A stretch of 26,968 nucleotides of DNA from contig JAYUXQ010000575.1 of NCBI GenBank assembly GCA_043752905.1, forward strand, positions 1 through 26,968, read 5' to 3'. This DNA is from Nannocystis sp. GTDB lineage: Bacteria; Myxococcota_A; Polyangia; Nannocystales; Nannocystaceae. The translations under genes and the position numbers were made by a program. The notes beneath the pieces are model-generated. The model ran no database searches. It had not been told where the DNA came from and saw only the letters and a list, made by a program, of their open reading frames with translations. Below, in pieces: positions 7,769 through 15,908 of this stretch (position 1 is the first letter of the stretch; each line of letters starts with the position of its first letter).

Positions 7769-9355
7769 TCATGGCGCGTACTTGGTGAGCCACACGGTCG
7801 CGAACTGACCGGCGACGTACTCGCTGCCGGCGACGTGGACGTTGCCGGTCGGATCGATGGCGACGGCGTGGGCGACGTCGTTGCCGGCACCGTCGCCGTC
7901 GTGGACCTGCGTCCACAGCTCGGCGCCCATCGGGCCGTACTTGCGGGTCCAGGTGCGGGTGAAGTCGTTGGCGGTGTACTCCGAGCCGACCGCGACGAAG
8001 TTTCCGGCCCCGTCGAAGGCGACGCCCTGGCCGCGGTCGTTGTCGCCACCGTCGCTGTCCTGGATCTGCGACCAGGTCTCGTAGCCGGCGCTGCTGTACC
8101 TCGCGGTGAAGATCGCGGCGAGGCCGGCGACCTCGTAGACCTCGCCGGTCAGGGCGATGTCACCGGCCGGGTTGACGGCGACGCCATGCCACTCGTCGTT
8201 GCCCTTCATGTGATCGGCGGTGCGGGTCCACAGCTGCTTGCCGGCGGCGGAATACTTGCGCAGCCACAGGTCGGAGAGGCCGATCGGGACGTAGATGTGA
8301 CCGGCGACGATGACGTCGCCCCCGGGCGTGAAGGCGATCGCGTTGCCACCGTCGTTGCCGGCGTTGGCGTCGACGACGTCGGTCCACAGCGGGACGCCAT
8401 CCTGATCCATGACCCGCGTGAACACGTCGTCGAGGCCGACCAGCTTGTACTCGGTGCCGGTGACGGCGATGTTGCCGGCGGGGTCGACGGCGACGCCGAG
8501 GGCGCGGTCGCCCTGGCCGTTGGGGCTGGTATAAGTCAGCTGCCAGACCGGCTTGCTGTCGGGGCCGAGCTTGAAGAAGAACATGTCGGCGCCCTCGCCT
8601 TGCACGAAGGTCTCGCCGACGATCACGAGGTCGCCGTCCGGCGTGAGCGCGACAGCGTGGGCGATGTCGTCGCCGTTGCTGTCGCCTTGCCAGGTGTACG
8701 TCCACAGCTCGTCGCCGGCGGGGTCGTACTTGCGGGCCCAGACGTCGGCGTTTTGTCCGACGACGAACTCCTCGCCGACGATGATCACGTTGCCGTCGAG
8801 GTCGACGACGGCCCCGCGAGCGCGCGCATTGCCGGCGTCCTCGCCGGTGTACCCGCGGGTCCACAGCTCCGAGCCCGAGATGACGCAGTCGATGTTGCAG
8901 CCGTCGGCGTCGACGGCGTTGCCGTCGTCACAGGGCTCGGGGCCGTTGACCTCGCCGTCACCGCAGCGCGGGCCGAGAGCGCCGCAGTCGGCAGCGCAAC
9001 CGCCGTAGGCGCCGTCGTTGGTGCCGTCGTCACAGACCTCGGCGCCGCCGAGCATGCCGTCGCCGCACACCGACGCCGGGCACATGCACGGGCCGTAGCC
9101 CGGGCCGTCCGCGCAGGTCTGGGTCCCTACCTGTCCATCGGGACAGGTGCAGTCCTGCTGGGCGCCGGGCTGGCAAGTCTGGCCATCGGTGGCGCCGCTG
9201 GTGGTCGGCGTGACGTCGGTGGTGGGGGTCGTCGTGGCGGCGTCGCCGGTGCTGGAGCCGCCGGAGTCGGTGGCGGAGGCGGAGCCGGCGCTGTCGTCCC
9301 CGCAGGCGGCGACGAGGACGGTGATCACGGCGAGGACGTGCAGGCGCGCGGACAT
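7769..9355 (-). CDS. Lipoprotein with Myxococcales cysteine-rich repeats followed by SBBP beta-propeller repeats.
   Basis: The real start is the ATG at 9355, giving MSARLHVLAVITVLVAACGDD with lipobox VAA|C. The track's 138 upstream codons are Cys/Ser/Arg junk. Cysteine-rich repeats follow (CGDG..GEVCDDGN..DGC.IDC), then repeated ELWTxxY...GNDxAHAVAVDP.GN..V.G units typical of PF06739 (SBBP). Confidence 0.7.
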   Translation of the reverse strand: MSARLHVLAVITVLVAACGDDSAGSASATDSGGSSTGDAATTTPTTDVTPTTSGATDGQTCQPGAQQDCTCPDGQVGTQTCADGPGYGPCMCPASVCGDGMLGGAEVCDDGTNDGAYGGCAADCGALGPRCGDGEVNGPEPCDDGNAVDADGCNIDCVISGSELWTRGYTGEDAGNARARGAVVDLDGNVIIVGEEFVVGQNADVWARKYDPAGDELWTYTWQGDSNGDDIAHAVALTPDGDLVIVGETFVQGEGADMFFFKLGPDSKPVWQLTYTSPNGQGDRALGVAVDPAGNIAVTGTEYKLVGLDDVFTRVMDQDGVPLWTDVVDANAGNDGGNAIAFTPGGDVIVAGHIYVPIGLSDLWLRKYSAAGKQLWTRTADHMKGNDEWHGVAVNPAGDIALTGEVYEVAGLAAIFTARYSSAGYETWSQIQDSDGGDNDRGQGVAFDGAGNFVAVGSEYTANDFTRTWTRKYGPMGAELWTQVHDGDGAGNDVAHAVAIDPTGNVHVAGSEYVAGQFATVWLTKYAP

Positions 9356-9368
9356 GGCCGCGAGCCTA

Positions 9369-11849
9369 TCACGCAGGCGCGACCGGGGACCCGGCGTTGG
9401 GGGCAGGCGTGGCCTCCGGCGCGGGCGGGGTGAGCACGAGCGGACGCGCGCGACCGATCTCGAGGTTGTCGCTGGCGAGCTCGTCGTAGGCGACCGGGCT
9501 GGCCTCCTTGAGCGCGCCGCCGGGCCTGTCCGCGGTGCCGACGAGGGCCGCGACGCCGCGCGCGGACCCGTAGTAGTTGCTGTTGGCGTGGTCGACGTCG
9601 TCGATGCAGCGGCGGACCAGCGAGCGCGACAGCCGGGGCAGGCGCAGCATGTCGAGCGCCTGCTCCCAGAGACCATCGAGCAGGTTCGGGTCGGCCGGGA
9701 ACTCGAGCAGGCCGGCGAGCAGCAGCAGCAGGCCCGCGCGCTGGCCCGCGAGGGTGTCGAGCGGGGCTTCACCGAGGTAGCCGAGGTCGAGCGCGCGCCA
9801 GTAGGCGTCGGCGGCGATCAGCAGGCGCTTGAGCTCCTGGGCGCTGTGGCTGAGCCAGGCGTGCATCATGACCTCGGCGGTCAGGCCATCCTTGCTCGCG
9901 GGGTCCTCGATGTAGCGCACGACGGCGGGCGCGTGGCCGAGGTCGACGGGTGGGGCCGCCCCGGGCCCGGAGGGCCGTGAAGCTGTGCCTGACAGGACAT
10001 CGCGTGGGGGGTCGGCGGGGGTGTAGAAGCCGGCGGCGCGGAACAGATAGAAGTCCTCGGTCTGGCCCGGGAAGCTGTCCCAAAGTTCAGAGTACTGGGT
10101 GACGCGGTTGAGGCTGCCGGCGGCCCAGTCGAGGCCGTGCGCCGCGGCGCCGCCGATCTGCGAGGCGGCGACGCCGGGGTCGCGCGCGATGGCCGAGTCG
10201 CGGATGGCCTCGGCGATCTCGACGACGCGAAAGTCGAGGAAGCCATCGTAATAGTCGGCCTTGCCGTCGCGGTTGATGTCCTCGTAGCGGCTGACGACGA
10301 GCGGGTGCGCGGGGCCGATGAACTGCACGAAGCCGGGGGTGCGGTCCTGCGGGTGGTGCCAGTCGGCCTTGCGGATCCGGGCGTCGATCGCCGCGAAGTC
10401 CTCGCCCGCGGCCATGCCGGCGAGGATCGCCATGAAGCAGTCGATGCCCTCGGAGGCGACGATGACGTCGTCGGGGCCGGTGCTGAAGTAGGTCGAGTCC
10501 CACGAGGAGTAGATGTCGGCGTCGGGGAACATCCGCGAGATGGCGAAGCGCGTGGTCAGGCCGGCGCACTGACAGTTCATCATCAGCTTGTAGCCGGCCT
10601 GTTGCACCTGCACGGTCGCGGCCTTCATGTCGAAGGCGCCGAGGTTGGCGTGGCGGCTGATGATGACGCCGGTGAAGTAGGCGGCGGCCATCTCGGCGTT
10701 CTCGTCGTGCGGGGAGGCGGAGCGCGCGAAGACCAGGATGTCCTGGCCCGCGGGGCCCTGGAACGGGGCCTTGAACACCTGATACTGCTGCCAGGTGCCG
10801 ACGGGGCGCGGGGCGTCGGCGGGGGCGTCGATCTTCGTGAACTTGAACTGGGTCTCGAGGATCTTGATCTCGCCGGGGAAGAACTCGGAGCCCGAGTTGA
10901 GGACGAAGCGCCAGGGGCCGGTCAGCTCGGCGTACGGTGGCGCGGCGCGACGCAGGCTGCGAAGGAGCGCGCCGGTGCGTGCGGCATCGGTGGGGGTGAG
11001 GGCCGGGCCGCGCATCGAGAGCAGCAGGATCGCGTGGGCGCGCAGCTCGGCGCGCGCGTCGGGGCCGGTCTCGGCGTCGATGAGCCTGAAGATGCGGGCC
11101 GCCGCCTGGTCGGCGATCTCGCGGTAGGCCGGATCGTGGATCACGGTGGCGAGCATGTGCGAGAGGACCGTCAGCGCCGCGGATCGGAGCTGGGCGGCGT
11201 CGATCGGGTCGGGGACGACGGTCCCGACGGTCGCGGCGGTGAGGACGGCGTCGAGCTGCGCGAGCAGGTTCTGGGCCTGCGCCGGGTGCAGTCGCTCGGG
11301 GCGCAGCGGCTCCTCGGGGTGGAACGGGCTCGCGGGGAACAGGCACTCGAAGGTGGTGCTGCGCCGGGTCGAGACCCAGCGCGCGGCCGTGACGAGCACC
11401 GGCAAGGCGTCGAGGCCACGCGGGGCCGGGCCCTCGGCGCTGGCGGACAGGGTGCCGTCGGCGAGCAGGAACAGCGGCGGGGCGCCGAACACGGCGGTCG
11501 TCAGGTCGAGGACCTTGAGCGGGGCGGAGGTCAGTGTGGAGGTCGGTGCGGCGTCCTGGCCGGAGACGGCGGAGAGCGTGCGCCGTACGGCGGTGGTGCG
11601 GCCGGCGAAGTGCAGCAGCAACTTCTCGCCGACCTGGGCCGTGAAGCCGACGCGCGCCTCCGCGGACGGTGAGGTCAGCACCACGTGGTAGTCGCGCTCG
11701 CCGACGAGCAGCAAGTGTGTGCCTGCCGTCGCCCGCGCGGCGGTGAAGCTGGTCCGGGCCTGGTCGCCGATGGCGACGAGCTCGGCGGGGAAGGGAAGGT
11801 CGATGCCGCGGAGCCTCACGTCGAGCTGCTTCATCTCTGGCCTGGTCAT
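9369..11849 (-). CDS. Large (826 aa) cytoplasmic-type hypothetical protein of unrecognised fold. It contains a Cys/His/Asp-containing central region and one EF-hand/dockerin-like DxNxDGxxD loop.
   Basis: Long minus-strand ORF with natural composition and high GC3. No signal peptide is apparent. The segment ...ARSASPHDENAEMAAAYFTGVIISRHANLGAFD...MMNCQCAGL...EGIDCFMAILAGM... looks like a conserved core, and DINRDGKADYYD forms the calcium-binding-like loop. The stop lies 13 bp upstream of the 7769..9355 lipoprotein start, suggesting co-transcription. Start is the ATG at 11849 (GAGG 6-9 nt upstream); the alternative is 11876. Confidence 0.6.
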   Translation of the reverse strand: MTRPEMKQLDVRLRGIDLPFPAELVAIGDQARTSFTAARATAGTHLLLVGERDYHVVLTSPSAEARVGFTAQVGEKLLLHFAGRTTAVRRTLSAVSGQDAAPTSTLTSAPLKVLDLTTAVFGAPPLFLLADGTLSASAEGPAPRGLDALPVLVTAARWVSTRRSTTFECLFPASPFHPEEPLRPERLHPAQAQNLLAQLDAVLTAATVGTVVPDPIDAAQLRSAALTVLSHMLATVIHDPAYREIADQAAARIFRLIDAETGPDARAELRAHAILLLSMRGPALTPTDAARTGALLRSLRRAAPPYAELTGPWRFVLNSGSEFFPGEIKILETQFKFTKIDAPADAPRPVGTWQQYQVFKAPFQGPAGQDILVFARSASPHDENAEMAAAYFTGVIISRHANLGAFDMKAATVQVQQAGYKLMMNCQCAGLTTRFAISRMFPDADIYSSWDSTYFSTGPDDVIVASEGIDCFMAILAGMAAGEDFAAIDARIRKADWHHPQDRTPGFVQFIGPAHPLVVSRYEDINRDGKADYYDGFLDFRVVEIAEAIRDSAIARDPGVAASQIGGAAAHGLDWAAGSLNRVTQYSELWDSFPGQTEDFYLFRAAGFYTPADPPRDVLSGTASRPSGPGAAPPVDLGHAPAVVRYIEDPASKDGLTAEVMMHAWLSHSAQELKRLLIAADAYWRALDLGYLGEAPLDTLAGQRAGLLLLLAGLLEFPADPNLLDGLWEQALDMLRLPRLSRSLVRRCIDDVDHANSNYYGSARGVAALVGTADRPGGALKEASPVAYDELASDNLEIGRARPLVLTPPAPEATPAPNAGSPVAPA

Positions 11850-11914
11850 GGCGCCTCGCTGGTTTTGGGCGGGCATCGTAACACGCGGCGGGTCCGTGAT
11901 ACCGTGCCCGGCGC

Positions 11915-12958
11915 ATGCGCTACAAACTGCTCGGACACAGCGGCCTTCGCGTCTCGGAGATCTGTCTCGGGACGATGACCTTTGGCAACACCTGGGGCGA
12001 CATGGGGGCGGAGCAGGACGTCTGCCGCGCGATCTACGACGCTTATCGGGCGCGCGGCGGTAACTTCCTCGACACCGCGAACAAGTACACGGAGGGCACG
12101 AGCGAGCGCATCGTCGGCGAGCTGATCGGACGCGAGCGCGACCGCATCGTGCTGGCGACCAAGTACACGCTGAGCACGACGGGTGATGACCCCAACGCGT
12201 CGGGCAACCACCGCAAGAACATGGTTCAAGCGGTGGAGAAGAGCCTCAAGCGGCTCGGCACGGACTACATCGACCTGTACTGGGTGCACGCCTGGGACTT
12301 CATGACGCCGACGGAGGAGGTGATGCGGGGCCTCGACGACCTCGTACGCGCCGGCAAGATCCTCTACATCGGGGTCTCGGACACGCCGGCGTGGGTGGTC
12401 TCGCGCGCCAACACGATGGCGGAGCTGCGCGGCTGGAGCCGCTTCATCGGCCTCCAGATCGAATACAACCTGATCGAGCGCACGGTGGAGCGCGAGCTGC
12501 TGCCGATGGCCGCGGCGCTCGATATCGCGGTCACTGCCTGGTCGCCGCTCGCGGCGGGCGTGCTGTCGGGCAAGCACACGCAGGGCGGGGCGGTCGACAC
12601 CGGCCGCGCGCAGATGGCCAGCGCGCGCCTCGACGAGCGCAGCCGTGCGATCGTCGAGGTGCTCACCGGGCTGGCGCTCGAGCTCGGCAGGACGCCCGCG
12701 CAGGTGGCCCTGAATTGGCTGCGTCAGGGCACGTACCCGGTGATCCCGATCGTCGGCGCGCGCAAGCTCGAGCAGGTGGTCGACAACCTCGGCTGCCTCG
12801 ACTTCACGCTCGACGCGGCGGCCCTGGCCCGGCTCGACGCGGCGTCCAGCGTGAAGCTCGGGTTCCCGCACGACTTCATCCACAGCGAGTGGGTGCGCAA
12901 GGTGATCCTCGGCAACGAGCCCGACCGCATCGACCCGCGGCGCGGCGGCGGGGTGTGA
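11915..12958 (+). CDS. Aldo/keto reductase family oxidoreductase (Tas/YajO-like).
   Basis: MRYKLLGHSGLRVSEICLGTMTFG...FLDTANKY..G.SE...G...IVLATK...YIDLYWVHAWD...L..L...GKILYIGVSD is a canonical AKR signature. Confidence 0.85.
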   Translation: MRYKLLGHSGLRVSEICLGTMTFGNTWGDMGAEQDVCRAIYDAYRARGGNFLDTANKYTEGTSERIVGELIGRERDRIVLATKYTLSTTGDDPNASGNHRKNMVQAVEKSLKRLGTDYIDLYWVHAWDFMTPTEEVMRGLDDLVRAGKILYIGVSDTPAWVVSRANTMAELRGWSRFIGLQIEYNLIERTVERELLPMAAALDIAVTAWSPLAAGVLSGKHTQGGAVDTGRAQMASARLDERSRAIVEVLTGLALELGRTPAQVALNWLRQGTYPVIPIVGARKLEQVVDNLGCLDFTLDAAALARLDAASSVKLGFPHDFIHSEWVRKVILGNEPDRIDPRRGGGV

Positions 12959-12964
12959 GCGGGC

Positions 12965-13987
12965 TCAGGCGCCGGACGTGTCCGAAGGGACATGTCCGGA
13001 GGGACCTGGCACTTCGCGCAGGTCGGTGAGCAGGTCGGTGAGAAGGTGTTCGAGCCAGCCGGCGAACCCGGGATCGACGAAGAGGCGGTGGAGGTGGTGC
13101 TCCATCTCCGTCGTCAACGGGGCGCGCCAGGCGTCGGCGAGGCCGGTGCCGGCGAGCAGCGCACCGACGGTGGTCTGCTGCAGCTCGTCGACGAGGCTCT
13201 GCAGGACGACGGTGGCCTCGACGGGGAGGCGGTCCCAGCGGGCGACGGCGGTCGCGGCGGCGTGGAGGTCGGCGACGAGGTGGTGCGGGTCGAGCTTGCG
13301 ACGCTCGGCGAGGAACACGGACTCGGGCAGGCCGAGGATCGAGCCGACGGCGTCGCCGCGCCACGAGGCCATGTCGCTGGCGAAGCGGGGGTCGGAGGCC
13401 CGCTCGACGATCATGTCGATCGCGCGGCCGAGCGCGCCGTCGACGAAGCTGCGCACGCGGTCCTCGAGCTGGCGCTCGACCTCGGCGCCGACGGCCGAGG
13501 CGACGCCCTTGGCGACGCCCATGAGCTTCGAGCGGATGCCGGCGCCGGGGATCCAGGCGGTGTCGGGCATGGCGGATCGCAGGCGCGTCGAGAAGTCGAG
13601 GAGGGTGGTGTGGAGGACCGTCCTGACCAGGGTGCGCATGGCGACGTGGTCGACCGCGGCGCGCACGATCTCGCGGCCGGGGGTGAAGGGCCGACGCAGC
13701 GCGGTCTGCAGGACCCGCACGAGCTCGGGCGGGAGGCGCTCGGCCAGAGGACCGGGGCGGGCGGTCGCGCGGCGCTGTCGCTCGGACACCATGGCGGCGA
13801 CGCGATCGGGCGCGGCCGCGAGCACGCTGGCGCGTAGACCGGCCACGAACGCGGGCACGATGCGGGTCGGGTCGATGAACTCGCGGACGGGCGTGGCGAG
13901 GACGAGGTCGAGGAGGACCTGCGCGAGCGCGGTCGCGTGCTCGGGCTGGTCGCGCAGGCGCACGAGGACGGCGGTGGCGGTCGGCAC
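12965..13987 (-). CDS. Hypothetical protein of about 340 aa with no recognised domain.
   Basis: Minus-strand ORF with natural composition; the + ORFs 12978..14000 and 12992..13837 are Ser/Arg- or Gly/Glu-rich shadows. The first codons of the track ORF include rare TAT and AGG, so I place the start at the GTG at 13987, preceded by AGGG with a 5-nt spacer. The gene is convergent with the AKR gene, with stops 6 bp apart. Confidence 0.5.
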   Translation of the reverse strand: MPTATAVLVRLRDQPEHATALAQVLLDLVLATPVREFIDPTRIVPAFVAGLRASVLAAAPDRVAAMVSERQRRATARPGPLAERLPPELVRVLQTALRRPFTPGREIVRAAVDHVAMRTLVRTVLHTTLLDFSTRLRSAMPDTAWIPGAGIRSKLMGVAKGVASAVGAEVERQLEDRVRSFVDGALGRAIDMIVERASDPRFASDMASWRGDAVGSILGLPESVFLAERRKLDPHHLVADLHAAATAVARWDRLPVEATVVLQSLVDELQQTTVGALLAGTGLADAWRAPLTTEMEHHLHRLFVDPGFAGWLEHLLTDLLTDLREVPGPSGHVPSDTSGA

Positions 13988-14091
13988 GGGCACCCTATAG
14001 CAGCATTGCGGAGGGGGAGATACGCTGGACGGACGCACGCGCCTCGTGCCCCGAGATCCCGGGGCTGCTCCACGCGTTCGCGGCCGCCGCC

Positions 14092-14910
14092 ATGCGAGAC
14101 AGCAACCTCCCGATCGCCAGCCCCTGCCACGAGTCCTGGGACGCCATGAACGGCGACGAGGCGCGCCGCTTCTGCGGCATCTGCCAAAAGGACGTGCACA
14201 ACCTCTCGGCGATGGCGCATGCCGAGGCGCAGGCGTTGCTGCGCGAGAAGCCGGGCGAGCACCTGTGCGTGCGCTACAGCAGCGAGTCGGACGGGACCCT
14301 GCGCTTTCGTGATCTGGTGCCGCGGGTGAGCCTGACGCGCAAGGTCGTGCGGGCCGCGTTCGCGGCGTCGATGCTGGCCGCCTGCACGCCGCACGGCGAC
14401 CCGGTCGACCTCGGAGGCGAGATCATCGAGTCGATCCGCGAGGCGACGGTGCCGACCGCCGACGGCGGCTGCGACTACACGAGCGGCCCGTTCACGACCT
14501 TTCATTTGCCGCCGGGGCACGTGCTGTGCCGCGACAGCGGGCTGCGCGGCATCGAGGACGCGAGGTCTGTGCCGCCCCCCCCGCCGATGGCGACGATGGG
14601 GGAGCCGAGGATCGTCGAGCCGACGCCGCCGCCTTCGGTCGTCGATCCGGTGGTGCGTCCGCGGATGGGTGAGGCGATGGCGGTGCCGGATCCGGTCGAG
14701 CCCTTCGTGCCTTGCGACCCGAAGCCGGGCTTCACCCCGCCGCCCCCGGACGTCGAGGCGCCGTCGATGCGCATGGGTGACATCGCCGCGGAGCCGCCGG
14801 ATCCGGTCAAGCCGCCAAAGCACCAGCCGTTGATGGGCGACATCCACGAGCCCCCGAGCGAGGAGCCGGTGCAGGAGAAAATGGGCAGGATCGCGGCGCC
14901 GATCGACTGA
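14092..14910 (+). CDS. Paralogue A of a tandemly duplicated family. It has an N-terminal Cys/His domain (C-H-x15-C-x2-C-x4-H), an internal lipoprotein-signal-like segment (RKVVRAAFAASMLAAC) and a Pro-rich C-terminus with repeated x-M-G-(D/E) motifs.
   Basis: It shares about 85% nucleotide identity over its first 300 nt with 14952..15776, and the differences are mostly synonymous, which indicates a translated domain. Conserved residues: IASPCHESW.AM......RRFCG.CQKDVH.LSAMA.AEAQALL...G..LCVRY...SDGTLRFRDLVPR.SLTRK.V.AAFAASMLAACTP....GPFTTFHLPPGH. The tail contains MGE, MGE, MGD, MGD and MGR motifs. Confidence 0.6.
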   Translation: MRDSNLPIASPCHESWDAMNGDEARRFCGICQKDVHNLSAMAHAEAQALLREKPGEHLCVRYSSESDGTLRFRDLVPRVSLTRKVVRAAFAASMLAACTPHGDPVDLGGEIIESIREATVPTADGGCDYTSGPFTTFHLPPGHVLCRDSGLRGIEDARSVPPPPPMATMGEPRIVEPTPPPSVVDPVVRPRMGEAMAVPDPVEPFVPCDPKPGFTPPPPDVEAPSMRMGDIAAEPPDPVKPPKHQPLMGDIHEPPSEEPVQEKMGRIAAPID

Positions 14911-14951
14911 GCGTTAGATCGTTCGTCCACCCTCACGCGTAGGTCACCGTC

Positions 14952-15776
14952 ATGCGTAGCCGCAACCTCGAGATCGCCAGCCCGTGTCACGAGTCCTGGG
15001 AAGCGATGGCGGGGGCGGGGGCGCGGCGCTTTTGCGGGGTCTGTCAAAAGGACGTGCACGACCTTTCGGCGATGGCGCAGGCCGAGGCGCAGGCGCTGCT
15101 GGCCGAACAGAGCGGGGCGTCGCTGTGCGTGCGCTACACGGCCGAGTCCGACGGCACGCTGCGCTTTCGTGACCTGGTGCCGCGCGCGAGCCTCACGCGC
15201 AAGATCGTGCAGGCCGCGTTCGCGGCGTCGATGCTGGCGGCCTGCACCCCGCTGGCGGACGGCCCGGTGGTCCAGGACCTCGGCGCATCGATCCTCGAGT
15301 CGATCCGCGAGGACACGGTGCCGACGCCCGACGGCGGCTGTGACTACACGACCGGGCCGTTCACGACCTTTCATTTGCCGCCTGGCCACGCGTTCTGCAC
15401 GGACACCGGCCATGTGACGCCGACGGTGGTTCCGGTCTCGTTCGGGACGCTCGGCGCCGGCGAGGAGGAGCCGCCGCCGGACCCGCCGTTGGATCCGGTG
15501 CCGTGGATCGATCCCGACGCGGTGCCGCCGACGATGGGTCAGGCGATGGCCATGCCCGAGCCCGTGGACCCCTTCGTGCCGGTCGTGCCAGTCGAGCCGG
15601 TCGTGCCCTGCGACGGCGGGCCCGCCCTCGACCCGCGGCCCCCTGCGGTCGACCCCGAGCCGAACGCGACGCCGGTCAAGGGTCGGCTCAAGGTCCGCCC
15701 TGACAAGGTGAAGCACCCGCCCGAGCCGAAGCCCATGCGCACGATGGGCGTGATAATACCCGTAGACGACCTGTAG
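14952..15776 (+). CDS. Paralogue B of the same family (Cys/His N-domain, internal LAAC segment, Pro-rich tail).
   Basis: See paralogue A. The tail contains TMGQ and TMGV motifs. The last codons (GTA GAC GAC CTG TAG) already match the downstream 14-bp repeat unit. Confidence 0.6.
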   Translation: MRSRNLEIASPCHESWEAMAGAGARRFCGVCQKDVHDLSAMAQAEAQALLAEQSGASLCVRYTAESDGTLRFRDLVPRASLTRKIVQAAFAASMLAACTPLADGPVVQDLGASILESIREDTVPTPDGGCDYTTGPFTTFHLPPGHAFCTDTGHVTPTVVPVSFGTLGAGEEEPPPDPPLDPVPWIDPDAVPPTMGQAMAMPEPVDPFVPVVPVEPVVPCDGGPALDPRPPAVDPEPNATPVKGRLKVRPDKVKHPPEPKPMRTMGVIIPVDDL

Positions 15777-15897
15777 GCGCGGGTCGCGGGCGACCTGTTC
15801 TAAACGACCTGTCCCGGGCGACCTGTCCCGGGCGACCTGTCCTAAACGACCTGTCCTAAACGACCTGTCCCGGACGACCTGTCGCCCGGGACAGGTG
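15767..15897. repeat. Tandem array of about 8 copies of a 14-bp unit in two alternating variants (cgacctgtcccggg and cgacctgtcctaaa). It begins at the stop codon of paralogue B and ends in a hairpin (cctgt-cgcccggg-acagg).
   Basis: Units at 15791, 15805, 15819, 15833, 15847 and 15861, with a terminal partial unit at 15875. A degenerate copy (cgacctgtag) at 15767..15776 contains the TAG stop codon. The array fills the gap between the convergent genes 14952..15776 (+) and 15909..16808 (-). Each ccc-ggg unit is an internal palindrome. Confidence 0.9.
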
Positions 15898-15908
15898 AGC
15901 CCTTGCGC

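Noticed and set aside
7727-9433. 568-aa + ORF across the SBBP lipoprotein gene
   Set aside because: Gly/Val/Asp/Ala shadow. The minus frame has Cys-rich and SBBP repeats.
10087-11916. 609-aa minus ORF in an alternative frame and 511-aa + ORF (10137..11672)
   Set aside because: Arg/Pro-rich and Gly/Glu-rich shadows of the 9369..11849 gene.
13411-15716. Minus ORFs 13411..14847 (478 aa) and 14502..15716 (404 aa)
   Set aside because: Arg/His-rich shadows opposite the hypothetical gene and the paralogue pair. The + frames show synonymous-biased conservation between the paralogues.
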